From positions 1 to 46,508 of the forward strand of contig CAZQNA010000012.1 of the NCBI GenBank assembly GCA_964594835.1: a stretch of DNA of 46,508 bases. The letters are read 5' to 3'. The position numbers and the translations under genes were made by a program. Shown one piece after another: positions 45,575-46,508 of this stretch (within the stretch, counting starts at the first letter, position 1; each line of letters opens with the position of its first letter). This DNA comes from an uncultured Nitrososphaerota archaeon. GTDB lineage: Archaea; Korarchaeota; Korarchaeia; Korarchaeales; Korarchaeaceae. Below the pieces are notes generated by a model. That model saw nothing but the letters and a program-made list of their open reading frames with translations. It had not been told where the DNA came from and did not search any database.

Positions 45575-46423
45575 ATGAGTGTCAGGAGGCCCGCCGTCGC
45601 GGGGTTCTTCTACCCCGCCTCCAGGTCTGCCCTCTTGCGCTCGCTCAGCGAGTCGTTCGCCAGGGCGGGATACCGGGAGATACCCAGGGGGGAGGAGGGG
45701 GGTCCCCGCTCCGTCAGGGGTCTCATGTCCCCCCACGCCGGCTACGTGTATTCCGGCCACGTCGCGGCGGCAGCCTACGCGAGGCTGGCCGAGGACGGCA
45801 CCCCAGACGTCTTTGTGCTGGTGGGGCCCAACCACACGGGCCTCGGCGAGGCGATCTCGATCTACCCCGATGGGTCGTGGGAGACCCCCCTGGGATACGC
45901 GGAGGTGGACTCCGAGCTGGCGGCCGAGATCGAGGGGAGCTGCCCACTGGCCCGGTTCGATAGGATAGCCCACATGAAGGAGCACTCGATAGAGGTGCAG
46001 GTCCCATTCCTGCAGGCCGTCTTCGGGGAGGTCAGGATAGTCCCCATAGCCATGCTCGACCAGTCCCCGGGGGCGGCGTCCGCGCTGGGCTCGGCCGTGG
46101 CCGAGGCCTGCTCCAGGCTGGGGAGGGACTGCGTGGTCATAGCCTCCTCCGACATGACCCACTACGAGCCCGCCGAGATGGCTGAGGCTAAGGACAGGAG
46201 GGCCCTGGACGCGATCGTGTCCATGGACGTCGACGCCCTCTACAGGGCGGTCTCGGAGTTCAACATCTCCATGTGCGGCTACGGCCCGACGGCCACCATG
46301 CTCATCGCGTCCAAGCTGATGGGGGCCCAGAGGGCGGAACTCGTGATGTACTCCAACAGCGGGGAGACGACAGGAGACTACTCAGCCGTCGTGGGCTACG
46401 CTTCGGTGGTGGTGCGCGCTTGA
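45575..46423 (+). CDS. MEMO1 / AmmeMemoRadiSam protein B
   Basis: RRPAVAG.FYP, PHAGYVYSG, GPNH, EHSIEVQ, ASSDMTHY, MCG. Confidence 0.95.
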   Translation: MSVRRPAVAGFFYPASRSALLRSLSESFARAGYREIPRGEEGGPRSVRGLMSPHAGYVYSGHVAAAAYARLAEDGTPDVFVLVGPNHTGLGEAISIYPDGSWETPLGYAEVDSELAAEIEGSCPLARFDRIAHMKEHSIEVQVPFLQAVFGEVRIVPIAMLDQSPGAASALGSAVAEACSRLGRDCVVIASSDMTHYEPAEMAEAKDRRALDAIVSMDVDALYRAVSEFNISMCGYGPTATMLIASKLMGAQRAELVMYSNSGETTGDYSAVVGYASVVVRA

Positions 46424-46508
46424 GCACGCCGAATAGAAAGCTGGACCACCTGATCATCGCCCGAGACAGGGAGGTGGAGTCTCGCGGGCTGAACTGGCTC
46501 CCCCAGGT
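46420..46508 (+). CDS. fni: Type 2 isopentenyl-diphosphate isomerase, 5' fragment (runs off window)
   Basis: TTG overlapping upstream TGA; reads MSTPNRKLDHLIIA...; RK.DH motif and usual position after rps2/MEMO1. Confidence 0.75.
   Translation, partial: MSTPNRKLDHLIIARDREVESRGLNWLPQ

Overview
GC-rich archaeal chromosome segment made up almost entirely of core informational genes. PolD small subunit (DP1), an Rpo8/RpoG-like RNAP subunit, a PRC-barrel protein and a tRNA with a D-loop intron occur together, which best fits a Korarchaeota-like lineage (inference). Contents: spt5-rpl11-rpl1-rpl10; TyrRS, CysRS and ValRS; five tRNAs (Gln-UUG, intron-containing Ser-CGA, Val-GAC, Glu-CUC, Val-CAC); GGGPS; a pgm-GPN GTPase-DP1 run converging on cdc6/orc1, with a candidate replication origin (cluster of GAGTGGAA ORB-like boxes) upstream of cdc6; an ECF transporter whose two ATPase genes share an identical 289-bp block; the L15e-RNase P-proteasome-exosome superoperon; a second, Orc1-2-like cdc6; rfcS/rfcL; rpoN-rps2-MEMO1-fni. 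Signals not in the ORF track: three intergenic box C/D guide-RNA candidates (one matching both strands of 16S helix 34, one matching a tRNA wobble C34); a zinc-ribbon-less TFB-like gene overlapping a membrane-anchored HerA/VirB4 (CedB-like) ATPase behind an AT-rich promoter; and probable CUG starts. No CRISPR array or mobile element was seen. All calls come from motif recognition by eye, with no database searches.
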